From positions 160,001-224,000 of the forward strand of contig CAVPOC010000010.1 of NCBI GenBank assembly GCA_963706955.1: a stretch of DNA of 64,000 bases, written 5' to 3'. Position numbers and translations under genes: made by a program. Numbering within the stretch: the stretch's first letter is position 1; each line of letters begins with the position of its first letter. This document shows, in pieces, positions 12,560-23,148 of the stretch. The notes beneath the pieces are model-generated. The model saw only the letters and a list, made by a program, of their open reading frames with translations, was not told the origin of the DNA and made no database searches. The stretch is from an uncultured Verrucomicrobiae bacterium. GTDB taxonomy: Bacteria > Verrucomicrobiota > Verrucomicrobiia > Chthoniobacterales > Terrimicrobiaceae.

Positions 12560-12699
12560 ATAATCCTCGAGTGGATACGAATGTGTTCGGCGCTCCAAGC
12601 GCTGCCGAGCTCGAGGTGGAAGTGTCACAAGAGCCTTCCTCCGAGTCAAACACCGGCTGCAACGGCCCAGGGCCCCGCGGATGCAGAAGAAAACCAAAC

Positions 12700-13055
12700 G
12701 CTGAAGGCGCGATTCATCCGCTGTAGCGCCTAGGTGGGCCCATCGTGAACGAGCCCTCGACGTCGACGAGCTCTCGCGACAGGCGGCCCCGAGTCGGTGA
12801 GTTCCGCGCGCAACGCTTGCACCACCGCCGCAACTCGGCGCAACGCGATGCCCGGCGCGTCCGTTGGTGAATCGCGCCCTCTGCTACGGACGCGCGGCGT
12901 GGGCCATTTCCGGCGATCGCGAAGAATACCGTGTTCGGTCGCACGCCGAACACACACACGCGTGGACGCGCGTGCTCCCGAGCGATATCGTCGACGGCGA
13001 GAACGCCGTCGCTCAACGCCCATCAACCCTCAACAATCAACCATCAACAGCCGCT
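12700..13055 (-). repeat. Composite REP-like dispersed repeat, copy 2 (inverted), with an internal inverted pair
   Basis: GCTGAAGGCGCGATTCA (~12700) pairs with TGAATCGCGCCCTCTGC (~12868). The end, CATCAACCCTCAACAATCAACCATCAACAGCCGCT, is the reverse complement of the starts of copies 1 and 3. Confidence 0.75.
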
Positions 13056-13121
13056 TAAGTCGACCAGGTTGGGACAACGTGTCATTGCACAAGCTTTTCC
13101 TTCGTGCCATGAATCGACAAG

Positions 13122-13898
13122 ATGTTGAAATTGCTTGGCAGGCAAACGCTTCACGTAATTTCCGGTTTCGGCGATTTCGCACTTTTTACTGGGACGTCGT
13201 TCAGCTCTGCGGTGAAGTCGCGCCGGCTTGCGCGTCGGATCGGCCGTGCCGTGTATGAACAAGGGGCACTCTGCCTGCCGGTGGTGCTCATCGTCGGGAC
13301 GTTCACCGGCTTGGTCCTGGGACTGCAGGGCTATTACGTGCTCAATCGTTTCAGTGCCGAGGGTCTGTTGGGCGCGCTGGTTTCGCTCAGTCTGGTGCGG
13401 GAAATGGCGCCGGTGTTGACCGCTCTGGTCTTGGTCGGCCAGGCGGGATCGGCGCTGGCGGCCGAGCTTGGCATTCAGCGCAATACCGAGCAGATCGTGG
13501 CCCTTGAGACGATGGGAGTGAGCAGTCACGGCTATCTCATAGCGCCTCGCTTGATTTCAGCGCTTTTCGTGTTTCCGATTCAGACCGCGCTCTTCGTGGC
13601 GGTCGGCCTATGGGGCGGCAGCCTGTCGGGCTCTCTGCTCCTCGGGGTGGAACCGGGCATCTACTGGTCGTCGGTGGAGCGCGCGGTCGAATCGCGGGAT
13701 GTGAGGGAATGTTTCTCGAAAGCCGCCATTTTCGGCCTGTTGACTATCAGTATCTGCGCCTACAACGGCTTCAACGCGCATCGTTGTCGCTCGGCGACGG
13801 GCGCCCGGGCGGTCAGTGCGTCGACCACGCGCGCGGTGGTCCACTCCAGCATTATCATTCTCGCGGCAGACTACGTGATTACCTCGTTTCTGGTCTGA
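13122..13898 (+). CDS. mlaE: MlaE-family lipid ABC transporter permease
   Basis: Motif REMAPVLTALVLVGQAGSALAAELG..EQIVALETMG, and ASTTRAVV. Confidence 0.92.
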   Translation: MLKLLGRQTLHVISGFGDFALFTGTSFSSAVKSRRLARRIGRAVYEQGALCLPVVLIVGTFTGLVLGLQGYYVLNRFSAEGLLGALVSLSLVREMAPVLTALVLVGQAGSALAAELGIQRNTEQIVALETMGVSSHGYLIAPRLISALFVFPIQTALFVAVGLWGGSLSGSLLLGVEPGIYWSSVERAVESRDVRECFSKAAIFGLLTISICAYNGFNAHRCRSATGARAVSASTTRAVVHSSIIILAADYVITSFLV

Positions 13899-14710
13899 TG
13901 ATGAGCATCGTCGCCCAAGATCTGCTGCTGCAGGTGGAAAACCTCCACAAGCGCTTCGACGACCACGTGGTCCTGGCGGGGGTCGGAGTCGAGGTGGCGC
14001 GGGGAAGCGTTTTCACGCTCCTTGGTCCCAGCGGCGCGGGCAAGTCTGTGTTTCTGAAGTGCCTGGCTGACGTTATCCAACCGGACGCCGGACGAATCAT
14101 CTTTGAGGGCCGTCCCCTCAGTTCCGGTGATCCGGCCGGGCGAGCGAAGTTTCGCCGGCGCTGCAGTTTCCTCTTTCAAAACAACGCCCTCTTCGATTCG
14201 CTATCGGCTTTGGAAAATGTGGCCCTCCCGCTTGAACAGACAACCAACCTCACGGACCAGGAAATCCGCAAGCGCAGCCGTGAAGCTTTGCGGCAACTGG
14301 AGATTGATGATCATGCAGATCACTATCCGAGTCAGCTTTCCGGTGGCATGCAGAAACGTCTCGCCCTGGCGCGTGCGATCGTTACCCGACCCGAACTCGT
14401 TTTCTTCGACGAACCAACGGCCGGCCTTGATCCGCTGCGACGCAATGCGGTCTTCGCGATGATCGCCAAGTATCAACGCCAGTTCAATTTCACGGCATTG
14501 ATCGTCACCCACGATGTGGACGAAGCACTGGTCGCCAGCGATCGTGTCGCGCTCCTTGATCAGGGGCGCATCTGCTTCGCAGGCACTCCTGCGGAATTCT
14601 CGGCCTCAACAAATCCCATTGTGCGTGCTTTCCGCGACAGCGCTGAGGCATTGGAGAGCTCGCTTTCGGCTATTCGCCGCGGAGGCAACTTCCTTCCCGA
14701 TGAATCATGA
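13898..14710 (+). CDS. mlaF: MlaF ABC transporter ATP-binding protein
   Basis: Motifs GPSGAGKS, LFQNNALFDSL, LSGGMQKR, DEPTAGLDP and VTHD. The start ATG overlaps the mlaE stop (TGATG); the longer 13610 ORF start is spurious. Confidence 0.92.
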   Translation: MMSIVAQDLLLQVENLHKRFDDHVVLAGVGVEVARGSVFTLLGPSGAGKSVFLKCLADVIQPDAGRIIFEGRPLSSGDPAGRAKFRRRCSFLFQNNALFDSLSALENVALPLEQTTNLTDQEIRKRSREALRQLEIDDHADHYPSQLSGGMQKRLALARAIVTRPELVFFDEPTAGLDPLRRNAVFAMIAKYQRQFNFTALIVTHDVDEALVASDRVALLDQGRICFAGTPAEFSASTNPIVRAFRDSAEALESSLSAIRRGGNFLPDES

Positions 14711-15183
14711 AACATAATCGACTTGAGCTCCCTGTCGGAATCTTCGTCCTGCTGGGGATTGCTGCCGCCGCCTACCTGACGGTGAAACTAGGTTCGGGAT
14801 CGCTCATCGGCGGCGACACCTACCTGCTCGAGGCGCGATTTGCCAACGCCGGAGGCTTGCACATTGGCAGCAGCGTGCTGGTCGCAGGCGTTGCTGTCGG
14901 ACGTGTCGACGCAATGCGAGTGGACCCGACAGATTACAGCGCCATTGCGACGCTTCGCATCCTGACCGATCTTCGACTCCCTACCGACTCGATGGCCTCA
15001 ATCAAGACCACTGGACTGATCGGCGACAAGTATGTCTTTCTTTCTCCGGGTGCGGACGAGACATTCCTGCAACCCGGCACGAGAATCACGATGACGGAAT
15101 CTTCTGTCGATCTCGAGTCGTTGCTTGGTAAGATGGCTTTCGGCACTACCGACAAGGAAACAGAAGAAAGCCCTCCACCGTGA
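14707..15183 (+). CDS. mlaD: MlaD MCE-domain protein
   Basis: N-terminal TM, then FANAGGL..GSSV..AGV.VGRV, ASIKTTGLIGDKY and SSVDLESLLGK. Confidence 0.93.
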   Translation: MKHNRLELPVGIFVLLGIAAAAYLTVKLGSGSLIGGDTYLLEARFANAGGLHIGSSVLVAGVAVGRVDAMRVDPTDYSAIATLRILTDLRLPTDSMASIKTTGLIGDKYVFLSPGADETFLQPGTRITMTESSVDLESLLGKMAFGTTDKETEESPPP

Positions 15184-15767
15184 ACCTACTCTATCGCCTG
15201 CTCCTCGCTGCCTTGATCGTCGTTTTGCTGCCCGCTGCCTCAACCTCGACGGCCGAGGCCGAGAAGCGCCTGCAAGTCGCCATCAACGATGTCGTCGCCG
15301 TCGCCGATCGCTCGCCGAACAGCAGCGCATTGGCGGGGAGTCTGCGACCGGTTTTGGAAAAGTACATCAGCTTTAGCGCGATGACTCGTCGAGCGATAGG
15401 TCCCGGCTGGCGCCAGTTTACGGACGATCAGCAGAAGAAGGCGACCCAGCTCTTCACAAGCTTGCTCATCCGCACCTACAGCAAAAAGCTGACTCCCGGC
15501 GAATATCCGGTGATCAAATTCAAGACCGCGTCAAATCCCGCACCTGGCCGCGTAGAGATCCCTACCACCCTGAATTATAAGGGGAGTCAATACAATGTCA
15601 CCTATCGGATGGAGGAGGCCGAGGGTTGGCGAATCACCGATGTTTTGATCGAAGGAGTAAGCTTCGTGGCAAACTACAGAACTCAGTTTGATGCTCAATT
15701 CAAGAAAGGCGGCTCGACCGCAGTCATCGATGCGCTTTCTCAATCCGTGGCCAACGTCCCAAAATGA
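15180..15767 (+). CDS. mlaC: MlaC/Ttg2D periplasmic phospholipid-binding protein
   Basis: Signal peptide, RRAIGPGWR and WRITDVLIEGVSFVANYRTQF. Confidence 0.92.
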   Translation: MNLLYRLLLAALIVVLLPAASTSTAEAEKRLQVAINDVVAVADRSPNSSALAGSLRPVLEKYISFSAMTRRAIGPGWRQFTDDQQKKATQLFTSLLIRTYSKKLTPGEYPVIKFKTASNPAPGRVEIPTTLNYKGSQYNVTYRMEEAEGWRITDVLIEGVSFVANYRTQFDAQFKKGGSTAVIDALSQSVANVPK

Positions 15768-16564
15768 AACGCCCTCCATCGATCCTGCCTTTTCTCGTTG
15801 CCTTCGGGTTAGTTCCGCTTCTCGGGGCCTGCACCTCCCCTCCGCGCAAGCCAGCAGAAACTGCGCCGGTTGCTGCCGTCCGAACCGATAACGTCAAAGC
15901 GAAGCCAGCCAACGTTGAGCACAACGATCTGGAGGAATACGATGTCGACTTGGTGCCAGACCCCTTGGAGCCGATCAACCGGGTAACTTTCTCGGTCAAT
16001 CATCAGATTTATAGGTTCGTGCTCCGCCCCATTTCTAAAGGCTATGAGAAAATTGTGCCCACGCCGGTGCGCAAGGGCATCCGCAACGCGTACGAGAACG
16101 TGAGGTTCCCGGTTCGCCTCGTTAACAATGCACTACAGGGAAATTTCACGCGTGCGAGGCAAGAGCTGGAGAAGTTTCTTATCAATACTTCAATTGGCGT
16201 GGGCGGAATCATCCGTCAGTCCGATCGGATCCCATCCCTGGCCGAGGTGCCGCCGACAGACACTGGTGTGACGTTTGCCAAATGGAAGATGAGCAGTGGC
16301 CCCTACCTCGTTCTGCCTCTGCTGGGGCCGAGTACTTTTCGAGACACTGTCGGCTTGGCGGGCGACTGGGCTTTAAATCCGGTGAGTTGGGTGACAATCG
16401 CCTCTGGCGAACTCTGGCTGTTGGCCATTCCCTACACAAATACTTTACGTTCGTTGCCCGAACAACTTAGTGCATACGACTCCGCCACCGAGAATGCCTT
16501 GGATCGCTATCTCGCCGCGCGCAGCGCGTATATCCAATATCGCAACCAGGCCGCCTCGAGATAA
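15764..16564 (+). CDS. mlaA: MlaA/VacJ outer-membrane lipoprotein
   Basis: Lipobox LGAC, then DPLEPINR, NNALQG, INTSIGVGG and GPYLVLPLLGPSTFRD. Confidence 0.92.
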   Translation: MKRPPSILPFLVAFGLVPLLGACTSPPRKPAETAPVAAVRTDNVKAKPANVEHNDLEEYDVDLVPDPLEPINRVTFSVNHQIYRFVLRPISKGYEKIVPTPVRKGIRNAYENVRFPVRLVNNALQGNFTRARQELEKFLINTSIGVGGIIRQSDRIPSLAEVPPTDTGVTFAKWKMSSGPYLVLPLLGPSTFRDTVGLAGDWALNPVSWVTIASGELWLLAIPYTNTLRSLPEQLSAYDSATENALDRYLAARSAYIQYRNQAASR

Positions 16565-16565
16565 C

Positions 16566-16890
16566 AGCGGCGGTTGGTGGTTGATTGTTGAGGGCTGCTG
16601 GACGTTTTTGCGACGGCGCTGCCGTCGTTGAGTGTTCGTTCCGCCGTCGGTGGCTCGTTCGTCGACAGGCGATTCTGGGGAGCACACTCGTCCGGTGGCG
16701 ACACTTTGCGAAGCACATTCGCCTGGGCGAGTCATTTGTTCTCAAAGCAAGTGTTCGAATGCTCGCGTGCGACGTTTTATGGGGAGCATACGCGTCCCCC
16801 GCGTGTGGTGCTCGGCGTCCCGCAGCACGGGGTTTCCGGCGAGACGCCGGAAATCGCACGCGGGGACGCTGCGGGACGCGTGCGCTCCCC
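16566..16890 (+). repeat. Composite REP-like dispersed repeat, copy 3, with a GGGGAGC-type REP doublet
   Basis: AGCGGCGGTTGGTGGTTGATTGTTGAGGGCTGCTGG matches the reverse complement of ~13020-13055. Inverted pair GGGGAGCATACGCGTCCC (16781) / GGGACGCGTGCGCTCCCC (16873). Hairpin TTTCCGGCGAGACGCCGGAAA (16833). Confidence 0.75.
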
Positions 16891-16896
16891 GAAATA

Positions 16897-17817
16897 TCAC
16901 GGCCCCAGCTTCAGGGTCGGCTGCCAGGCTGGCGCGCTTGCCGCTGAGGCGAGTCCCAGAACGGTTTTGAGGCGGAGGGCTGCCTTCGGAGCATAGAGCG
17001 AATGATTGTTATTGAAGGCGACGCGAACATCTTCGGTATCTTCGGCGAGTTTTCGCACGCGGTCGGCTACTTCGTCGATTTCCTGGTCTGAATAGTCATA
17101 GTTGAAGCGCTCCGCGACGCTTCGACCAGAGATATAGGCCCGCGCATTCCTCCCGTGGAGGCGCAAGTAAGCGAGCTTGGGATTCGTAATCTGATTTTCT
17201 GTTTGCATCACCGTGAAGTGCTCACTCTGCGGCGCGTCAACCAGGACCAAGGCCAACTCCCTGCTTCGAAAGAACTGCAGGGTGGCATCCCGATGAGCAT
17301 CGATAAGCCAGTTGCGGTTGCGAAGTTCAACGGCCAGACGCCAATCACGCAAGAGGGATAGCAAATGATCAAGCTCATCGAGCTTGTGGTTGCGCGGGGA
17401 GAATGCCGGACTCAGCTGCAGCAGAAACACGCCCAACTTACCTGCCTCGCTGAGAGGTTCGATTTCCTGGAGAATCCGCGCGGTGACAACGAGCTCCAGC
17501 TCCGGCGTTACAATCAGATTGCCGCCGGGGTTGCTTCGAGCCAAGCGACGAAGATCCGGCGGCAGCGACACGATCTTGACGGCATGCCGTGAGAGCAAGC
17601 CATGAAGCTTGATGTCAAAAAGAAAATCCTCGGGAGTCTCGGAATCCCAGCGCTGAACTACTTTCCGCGGGGGTATCGCGTAGAAGGTTGAATTGACTTC
17701 GACATAGTCAAAATGCTCCGCGTACCAACCAAGACGCGCAGCTGCCGGAAGCTTGGGTGGATACCAGTCGCGCACGAATTCGGGGTCGGTCCAGCTCGAG
17801 GTGCCAATGCGAATCAT
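16897..17817 (-). CDS. DUF72 (YecE) family protein
   Basis: Motifs MIRIGTSSW, VEVNSTFY, LAVELRN, AYLRLHGRN and AFNN. Start placed at ATG 17817. Confidence 0.92.
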   Translation of the reverse strand: MIRIGTSSWTDPEFVRDWYPPKLPAAARLGWYAEHFDYVEVNSTFYAIPPRKVVQRWDSETPEDFLFDIKLHGLLSRHAVKIVSLPPDLRRLARSNPGGNLIVTPELELVVTARILQEIEPLSEAGKLGVFLLQLSPAFSPRNHKLDELDHLLSLLRDWRLAVELRNRNWLIDAHRDATLQFFRSRELALVLVDAPQSEHFTVMQTENQITNPKLAYLRLHGRNARAYISGRSVAERFNYDYSDQEIDEVADRVRKLAEDTEDVRVAFNNNHSLYAPKAALRLKTVLGLASAASAPAWQPTLKLGP

Positions 17818-17989
17818 GACAAGACAAAGCTCGGACCGGCAGCGAAAATGAAAAGCGGAATTCGTGAGGGTTGTGTGTGTCGAGCGCCCAGCGAAATCCA
17901 CAGGCGCTTGGCACAAGCGCCTCCACAAATCTTCTAACGCTCTAGCGGTAGCTTTAATCTAGCGCACAGCGGAGTTAGAAACGCATTGC

Positions 17990-18051
17990 TGTAGCGACGG
18001 TGTCCGCACCGTCGGGGCTGCCTCATCGGCGGCGGGGACGCCGCCGCTACA
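17990..18051. repeat. GTAG-type REP doublet (REPIN-like)
   Basis: TGTAGCGACGGTGTCCGCACCGTCG ... CGGCGGCGGGGACGCCGCCGCTACA: two palindromic arms in inverted orientation. Confidence 0.85.
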
Positions 18052-18066
18052 ATTTCGCGCCGTTCT

Positions 18067-18801
18067 TTAGGCGCTCGAACCTGTGCCGCTCTCCATCCGT
18101 TCTTTAAAACGCCCGAGGTCGGTTTCGAGTTGCTGGTCCGGAGCGGAACCGAGCAGATGGGCGAGGAAGGCGCCCGCCTTGCCCGCGGGCGGAAGATATT
18201 CGAGGACGACTCTCACCCGTGTCGACTGGCCATCACCGATCGGTTCGAAACGAACCGACCCGGCGCTTTGCACGTCGGACCCGGGCAGTGACTGCCAGGC
18301 AATGAGCTCGCCCGGTTTTTCGTTGATGAATTCGGCATCCCATTCCACCTGCTTTCCGAGGGGGCCGGCGACGACCCAATGCGATCGGGAATCCTCAACG
18401 GTCACAGAAACAACGTGGGGCATGATCTCGGGCAAATTCGTGAGCTGGTGCCAAAAATGGTAAAGCTCCATCGGCGACCGGCGGACCTCCACGCTCTTGT
18501 CAACTTTCACCCCAACATCCTCAGGCACGCCACGACGGTCGCTGCTGTTGCCTGCCGTATCAATACCAAGCCGCCGATAACCCTCGCACTTGCCGGTCAC
18601 ACCACGATGGACCAGAAAAGCTCCGAGAAGGGTCAGAACTCCACCAAATACTCCCCGGAGTTTGACGCCGCAGGTGAACAAGGCCAGTCCTGCAATCACG
18701 GAACCGACTCGCTCCGGGGGCCCGACATTGGGCAGCGGCTTTGACCCCTCCTTGGTTACAACGCCTCGGAGATTTCGAAAAGGGGCATATGTATGGGTCA
18801 T
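18067..18801 (-). CDS. SRPBCC (START-like/polyketide cyclase) protein with N-terminal DUF2892/YgaP membrane domain
   Basis: NVGPPER..RGVTGKC..Y..LGID, followed by LYHFWHQLTNLP, SHWVVAGPLG..VEWDAE, IAWQSL and GSVRF. Confidence 0.88.
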   Translation of the reverse strand: MTHTYAPFRNLRGVVTKEGSKPLPNVGPPERVGSVIAGLALFTCGVKLRGVFGGVLTLLGAFLVHRGVTGKCEGYRRLGIDTAGNSSDRRGVPEDVGVKVDKSVEVRRSPMELYHFWHQLTNLPEIMPHVVSVTVEDSRSHWVVAGPLGKQVEWDAEFINEKPGELIAWQSLPGSDVQSAGSVRFEPIGDGQSTRVRVVLEYLPPAGKAGAFLAHLLGSAPDQQLETDLGRFKERMESGTGSSA

Positions 18802-18961
18802 CGAGCGTATGAATTGGATGTTGCGTTCATCATTGATGCGGACAGGGCCTCAGCATCGTTGGCGAGGTTCCTTTCTGCCTTCGCGCGCCACCCACACCTT
18901 GGCCGTGAAAAACCCTTTTTCGACGTAATTCGATCTAAGCCTGGTCCAGCGGCTCGTGCCA

Positions 18962-19918
18962 CTAGAGCCGCTCAAGGATTTCGCGGAGGAGTTTCACGTC
19001 GTAGGCAGCGCTACTGGCGGTCTCGGCGAGACGGTCCGCGAGCGGGGTGTTTTCAAGCTCGCGCTGTTGCTGCGCGAGTCCTTCATTAATGGCGATGCGT
19101 TCGTTGAGTGTGCGCACGGCGATCCAGAGCGCTCGTTCCAGCGCATCCGTATGGGCCGCCGTTAGACTCTCAGGAGAAAAGCTGTGGCCGATCTGACAGT
19201 CGAACTTGATGAGCTTGCCCTCTCTGGTCTCATAAAGAGGTCCGTTGCATTCCGGGCAGACGAACGACACCGCATCGTCACGAAAGCCCGGCTTTTTCTC
19301 CTGGCTCATGTTCCGCTTGTTTCCTTTCTCTTTTCCGTTTTTCTGCACAAGTCGAATTCGGGACTGGGTCAATTTCCCCAGCAGTGCTGGCATCTCAGCC
19401 AGGGGAACGCAATGGTCGACGTCCACATTGCGCAAGGCGCTCCTTGGCATGCCGGCATCCAAAGCTTCACGGGGATCCTGCACAATCGCTATACCGCCGC
19501 GATTCTTTATGGCGAAAAGTCCCGCTGACCCGTCGTCCAGTCCCCCCGTCAAGATGACGCCGATGACCCGCTCGCGGTAAGCGCGCGCGGCGCTCCGGAA
19601 AAGAGGATCGATGGCCGGTCGGTGACGGTTCTCCCGCGGCCCGCGCGAGAGAGAGATCTGGCCATTGTTGAGGAGGAGGTGCCGGTCTGAGGGAGCCACG
19701 TAAGCGCGTCCGCGTTTGATCTTTTCTCCTTCGCGAGCCTCCGCAACTGGCATGGCGCCACAGCGATTGAGGATGCTGCCAAGGGCACTCGCTCCGCCAA
19801 CGTGCATCACGACGAAGAGCGAGGCTGGAAGATCCCGCGGAAGCTCCCGCAGTAGCTTGCAAAGCGCGTCTAGGCCCCCAATGGACGCTCCGATAACGAT
19901 AATATCGCGGTTGGGCAA
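18962..19918 (-). CDS. cheB: Stand-alone CheB-type methylesterase (no REC domain) with a C-terminal Cys/His-rich domain
   Basis: Catalytic motifs GASIGG, VVMH, RPAIDPLFRSAA and ILTGGLDDG. The C-terminus has CPECNG..CQIGH..ERALW.AVR.L.ER. Confidence 0.88.
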   Translation of the reverse strand: MPNRDIIVIGASIGGLDALCKLLRELPRDLPASLFVVMHVGGASALGSILNRCGAMPVAEAREGEKIKRGRAYVAPSDRHLLLNNGQISLSRGPRENRHRPAIDPLFRSAARAYRERVIGVILTGGLDDGSAGLFAIKNRGGIAIVQDPREALDAGMPRSALRNVDVDHCVPLAEMPALLGKLTQSRIRLVQKNGKEKGNKRNMSQEKKPGFRDDAVSFVCPECNGPLYETREGKLIKFDCQIGHSFSPESLTAAHTDALERALWIAVRTLNERIAINEGLAQQQRELENTPLADRLAETASSAAYDVKLLREILERL

Positions 19919-20105
19919 AAGAATTTCCTTTCAGCCTTTAAGATCGCACCAAACACGAGCAATGTCTGGGTCTAAGAATTTTTGACCAGGGACTCTTGAT
20001 TGTTGCCGAGAAGAGCCGTCGTCAGCCGCGGCTGGTGAGTGAGGATGGCAAAGTCCGCGCGGAGCCTTTTAGGCCTCTGGCTTTACTTGTCAGAGGGGCC
20101 GCGCA

Positions 20106-23100
20106 GTGCCAGAATTCTCTGCAACATCGATGAGGGCCACTTCCGATTCTGCGAACAAGAATCGCTCTTCTCCCAAAGTGTCTCGATCCGAGAAGGAAGG
20201 TGATTCTTTCCCTGTGGTTGGCATTGGGGCATCGGCCGGCGGATTGGAATCGATCTCGAACTTATTAAAGAATCTTCAGCCAGATACCGGTCTGGCTTTT
20301 GTAATCATTCAGCATTTGGGCCCGGCTTCGCGCAGCGCCTTGGCCGACCTGCTTGGTAAAACGACGTCCATGTCCGTGCTGGAGATTCAGGATCGCATGC
20401 GAGTTCAGCCAAACCATGTTTACGTCCTGACACCGAATTACGACGTGCTCTTGGAAAATCGGAGGTTGCGCCTGGTTCGGCGACCTAGTTCCGAGCGTGT
20501 CCACATGCCCATCGACCACTTCTTTCAGTCCCTTGCCGAGCAGGAAAAGGGACGCGCCATTGGCGTGGTTCTCTCCGGGTCTGGGACTGACGGCACCGTG
20601 GGACTTCGAGCAATCAAAGATGAGGGCGGCTTGACCTTGGCAGAGGCCGACACGACCGCAAAGTACTTTGCGATGCCAAACAGTGCAATTGTTGCGGGGT
20701 GCGTAGACGTGATTCGCAGCGCCAAAGACATTGCGCTAGAAATCCGGACCATGGCGCGGCACCCCTATGTCCGTGGAAAACCGGCTGCCGATAGTGAGGA
20801 GGTGAATTTTAGCGGATTCCCGGAGGGAGCCGATGCCCTCACGAAGGTTTTCTATCTGATCAAACAGCACATGGGAGTCAATTTCGCCCAATATAAGCCT
20901 AGTACATTGCGGCGGCGAATCGCCCGCCGGATGATCCTGCTGCAACGCGAGACACTGGATGACTACGTGAGTCTACTGCGATCAGACGCCAGCGAAGTCG
21001 AGCAGCTTTTTAACGACGTTCTCATCAATGTTACCAGCTTTTTTCGGGATCCGGAGGCCTTCGCGACTCTCCAAAAGAAAATCCTGCCAAAGATCGTCAA
21101 AGCGAAAGCGCCACGCGGGGATTTTCGAATTTGGGTGCCCGGTTGTTCAACCGGCGAGGAGGTCTATTCGGTTGCGATTGCAGTGTTTGAAATACTGGGC
21201 AAGGGGCGTCACAATATTCGCGTGCAGATCTTCGGCACAGATCTGAGTGAACAGATCGTCGCTAAGGCGCGCGCCGGAATTTTCCCCGGATCTATCGCCA
21301 AAGGTGTCACATCCACCCGGCTTCGTCGCTTCTTTACGAAAACCCCGAACGGGGATTATCAAATCAGTCGCAGCATCCGTGACATGTGCACTTTTGCTCG
21401 ACAGAATGTCTGCCAGGACCCGCCCTTCTCACATATCGATCTCATCACCTGTCGCAACGTTCTTATCTATCTCGGTCCACCGTTGCAGAAAAAGTGCATT
21501 CCCGTATTTCACTATGCACTCAATCCGGATGGCTACCTGATGCTGGGCACATCGGAAAGTGTGGGCGGCTTCGCCGACCTCTTCGCGCTCGTTGACAAAA
21601 AGCAGAAGATCTATGTTAAGAAAGCCACGGCCTTGCGCCCGGCTCTCGACTTTGGTCCCAAGGAATTAACAAACCTTTCCACAGAACTGTCCAGCACGCC
21701 GCCCGTGCCTTCCGGGCCAGAACCCGGCTCAGAGCTGCAAAAGCAAGTCGATCGACTGATTCTGGCGCGCTACTCCCCAACGCCGTCATTATCGATGAAG
21801 GGATGCAAGTGCTGCAATTCCGTGGAGCGACGGGCCGATTTCTCGAACATGCGTCCGGCGCCGCTTCGCTGAATCTTCTCCAGATGGCGCGACCGGCATT
21901 GATCATCGACTTACGGGCCGCAATTCATCGAGCGCTCAAGGAGAACGCGGCGATTCGGCGCGAGAACATCTTCCTCAAGCTTAACGGGGACGCGCTCCTC
22001 GTGAGCATCGAGGTGATCCCCTTCCAACCTGAAAGAACGCAGCAACGTCTTTTGCTGGTGACCTTTGATTCGAAAAAGGCGCAGGAATGGAGGGAAGAAG
22101 GCAATGGCAGCAAACTTGCCAAGCAGGCAGGCAAAACGCGTCCACGTAACCTTGCACCCGAGGTCGGGCGGCTGCGCGACGAGCTCAATTCGACAAAAGA
22201 GTCGCTTCAAGCAATCATCGAGGAACGCGAAGCAGCCAACGAGGAACTCAAGTCAGCCAACGAAGAAATCCAGTCGAGCAATGAAGAGCTCCAGAGCACC
22301 AACGAAGAGCTCGAGACCGCCAAAGAGGAGCTCCAAAGCGCCAACGAAGAGTTGAGCACCGTCAACGAGGAGTTGGGTAACCGGAACGCCGAATTGGCTA
22401 CCGTAAACAATGATCTAAATAATCTGCTCACCTCGATTAACATCCCGATCATCATTGTCGACAGCGAGCTTTCCGTGCGTCGCGTCACCGCGCCGGGAGA
22501 GAAGATCTTCAATCTTATTCCCAGCGACGTCGGACGCCCTCTCGCGAATATCAAGCCCAATCTGGACATTCCCGACCTCATTCCCCTTATCCGCGGAGTC
22601 ATCGAGACCCTGCGTATCTGCGAACGAGAGGTGCGCGATTCGGAAAACCACTGGCACCAACTCCGTATCCGACCCTATCGGACTCTTGATAACAAGATAG
22701 ATGGAGCGGTTATCACCCTGGTCGAAATTGACCAGATGAAACGCAGCCTGGCCAGCCTGCAGGATGTCCTCGAATTTGCCAACACAATCCTCGACACCGC
22801 GCGTGACCCGATCGTCGTCCTGGGCAAGATCTGATCGTAAAAAAGGCCAATCGCGCATTTCGCGAGCGTTTCAAAATCGCCCGGGCGGATCTCGAGAACG
22901 CGCGCATCCATCACCTTGGCGACAGCTGGAAAATGCCGAAGTTGCGGACTTGGCTCACCGAAATGGTGAGAAAAGTCCAGCCTACCGCCGAGCTACAGCT
23001 CGAGCACAAATTCCCCTTGTTGGGTCTTCGCAAGCTGAACTTTTGCGCCCAGCGCCTGAAAGCAGACAATGATGAAGTTATTGTGCTCACAATTTCCGAA

Positions 23101-23127
23101 GCTGGTGCTTTAACTAGAGACAAATAG
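20106..23127 (+). CDS. CheB/CheR fusion with PAS domains and a coiled coil (split by two single-base frameshifts at ~21778 and ~22826)
   Basis: CheB motifs (GIGASAGG, IIQH, LSGSGTDG) and CheR motifs (YKPSTLRRRI, NVTSFFRD, WVPGCSTGEE, GTDL, CRNVLIY), then PAS, NEEL heptads and PAS_10 (SDVGRPL, RIRPYRT..IDGAV). Adding one base at each site joins track ORFs 20106, 21803 and 22933 into one frame. Confidence 0.88.
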
Positions 23128-23148
23128 GTCTTCGCGCGTGCCTGGCCT

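Noticed and set aside
13610..13897. Long N-terminal extension of the MlaF ORF
   Set aside because: It overlaps mlaE out of frame; the real start is the TGATG junction at 13898.
21770..21790. Programmed ribosomal frameshift in the CheB/CheR fusion
   Set aside because: No canonical slippery heptamer, and many similar indels occur across unrelated genes, so sequencing error is more parsimonious.
18962..23127. Chemotaxis operon
   Set aside because: No CheA, CheW, MCP or flagellar genes in the window.
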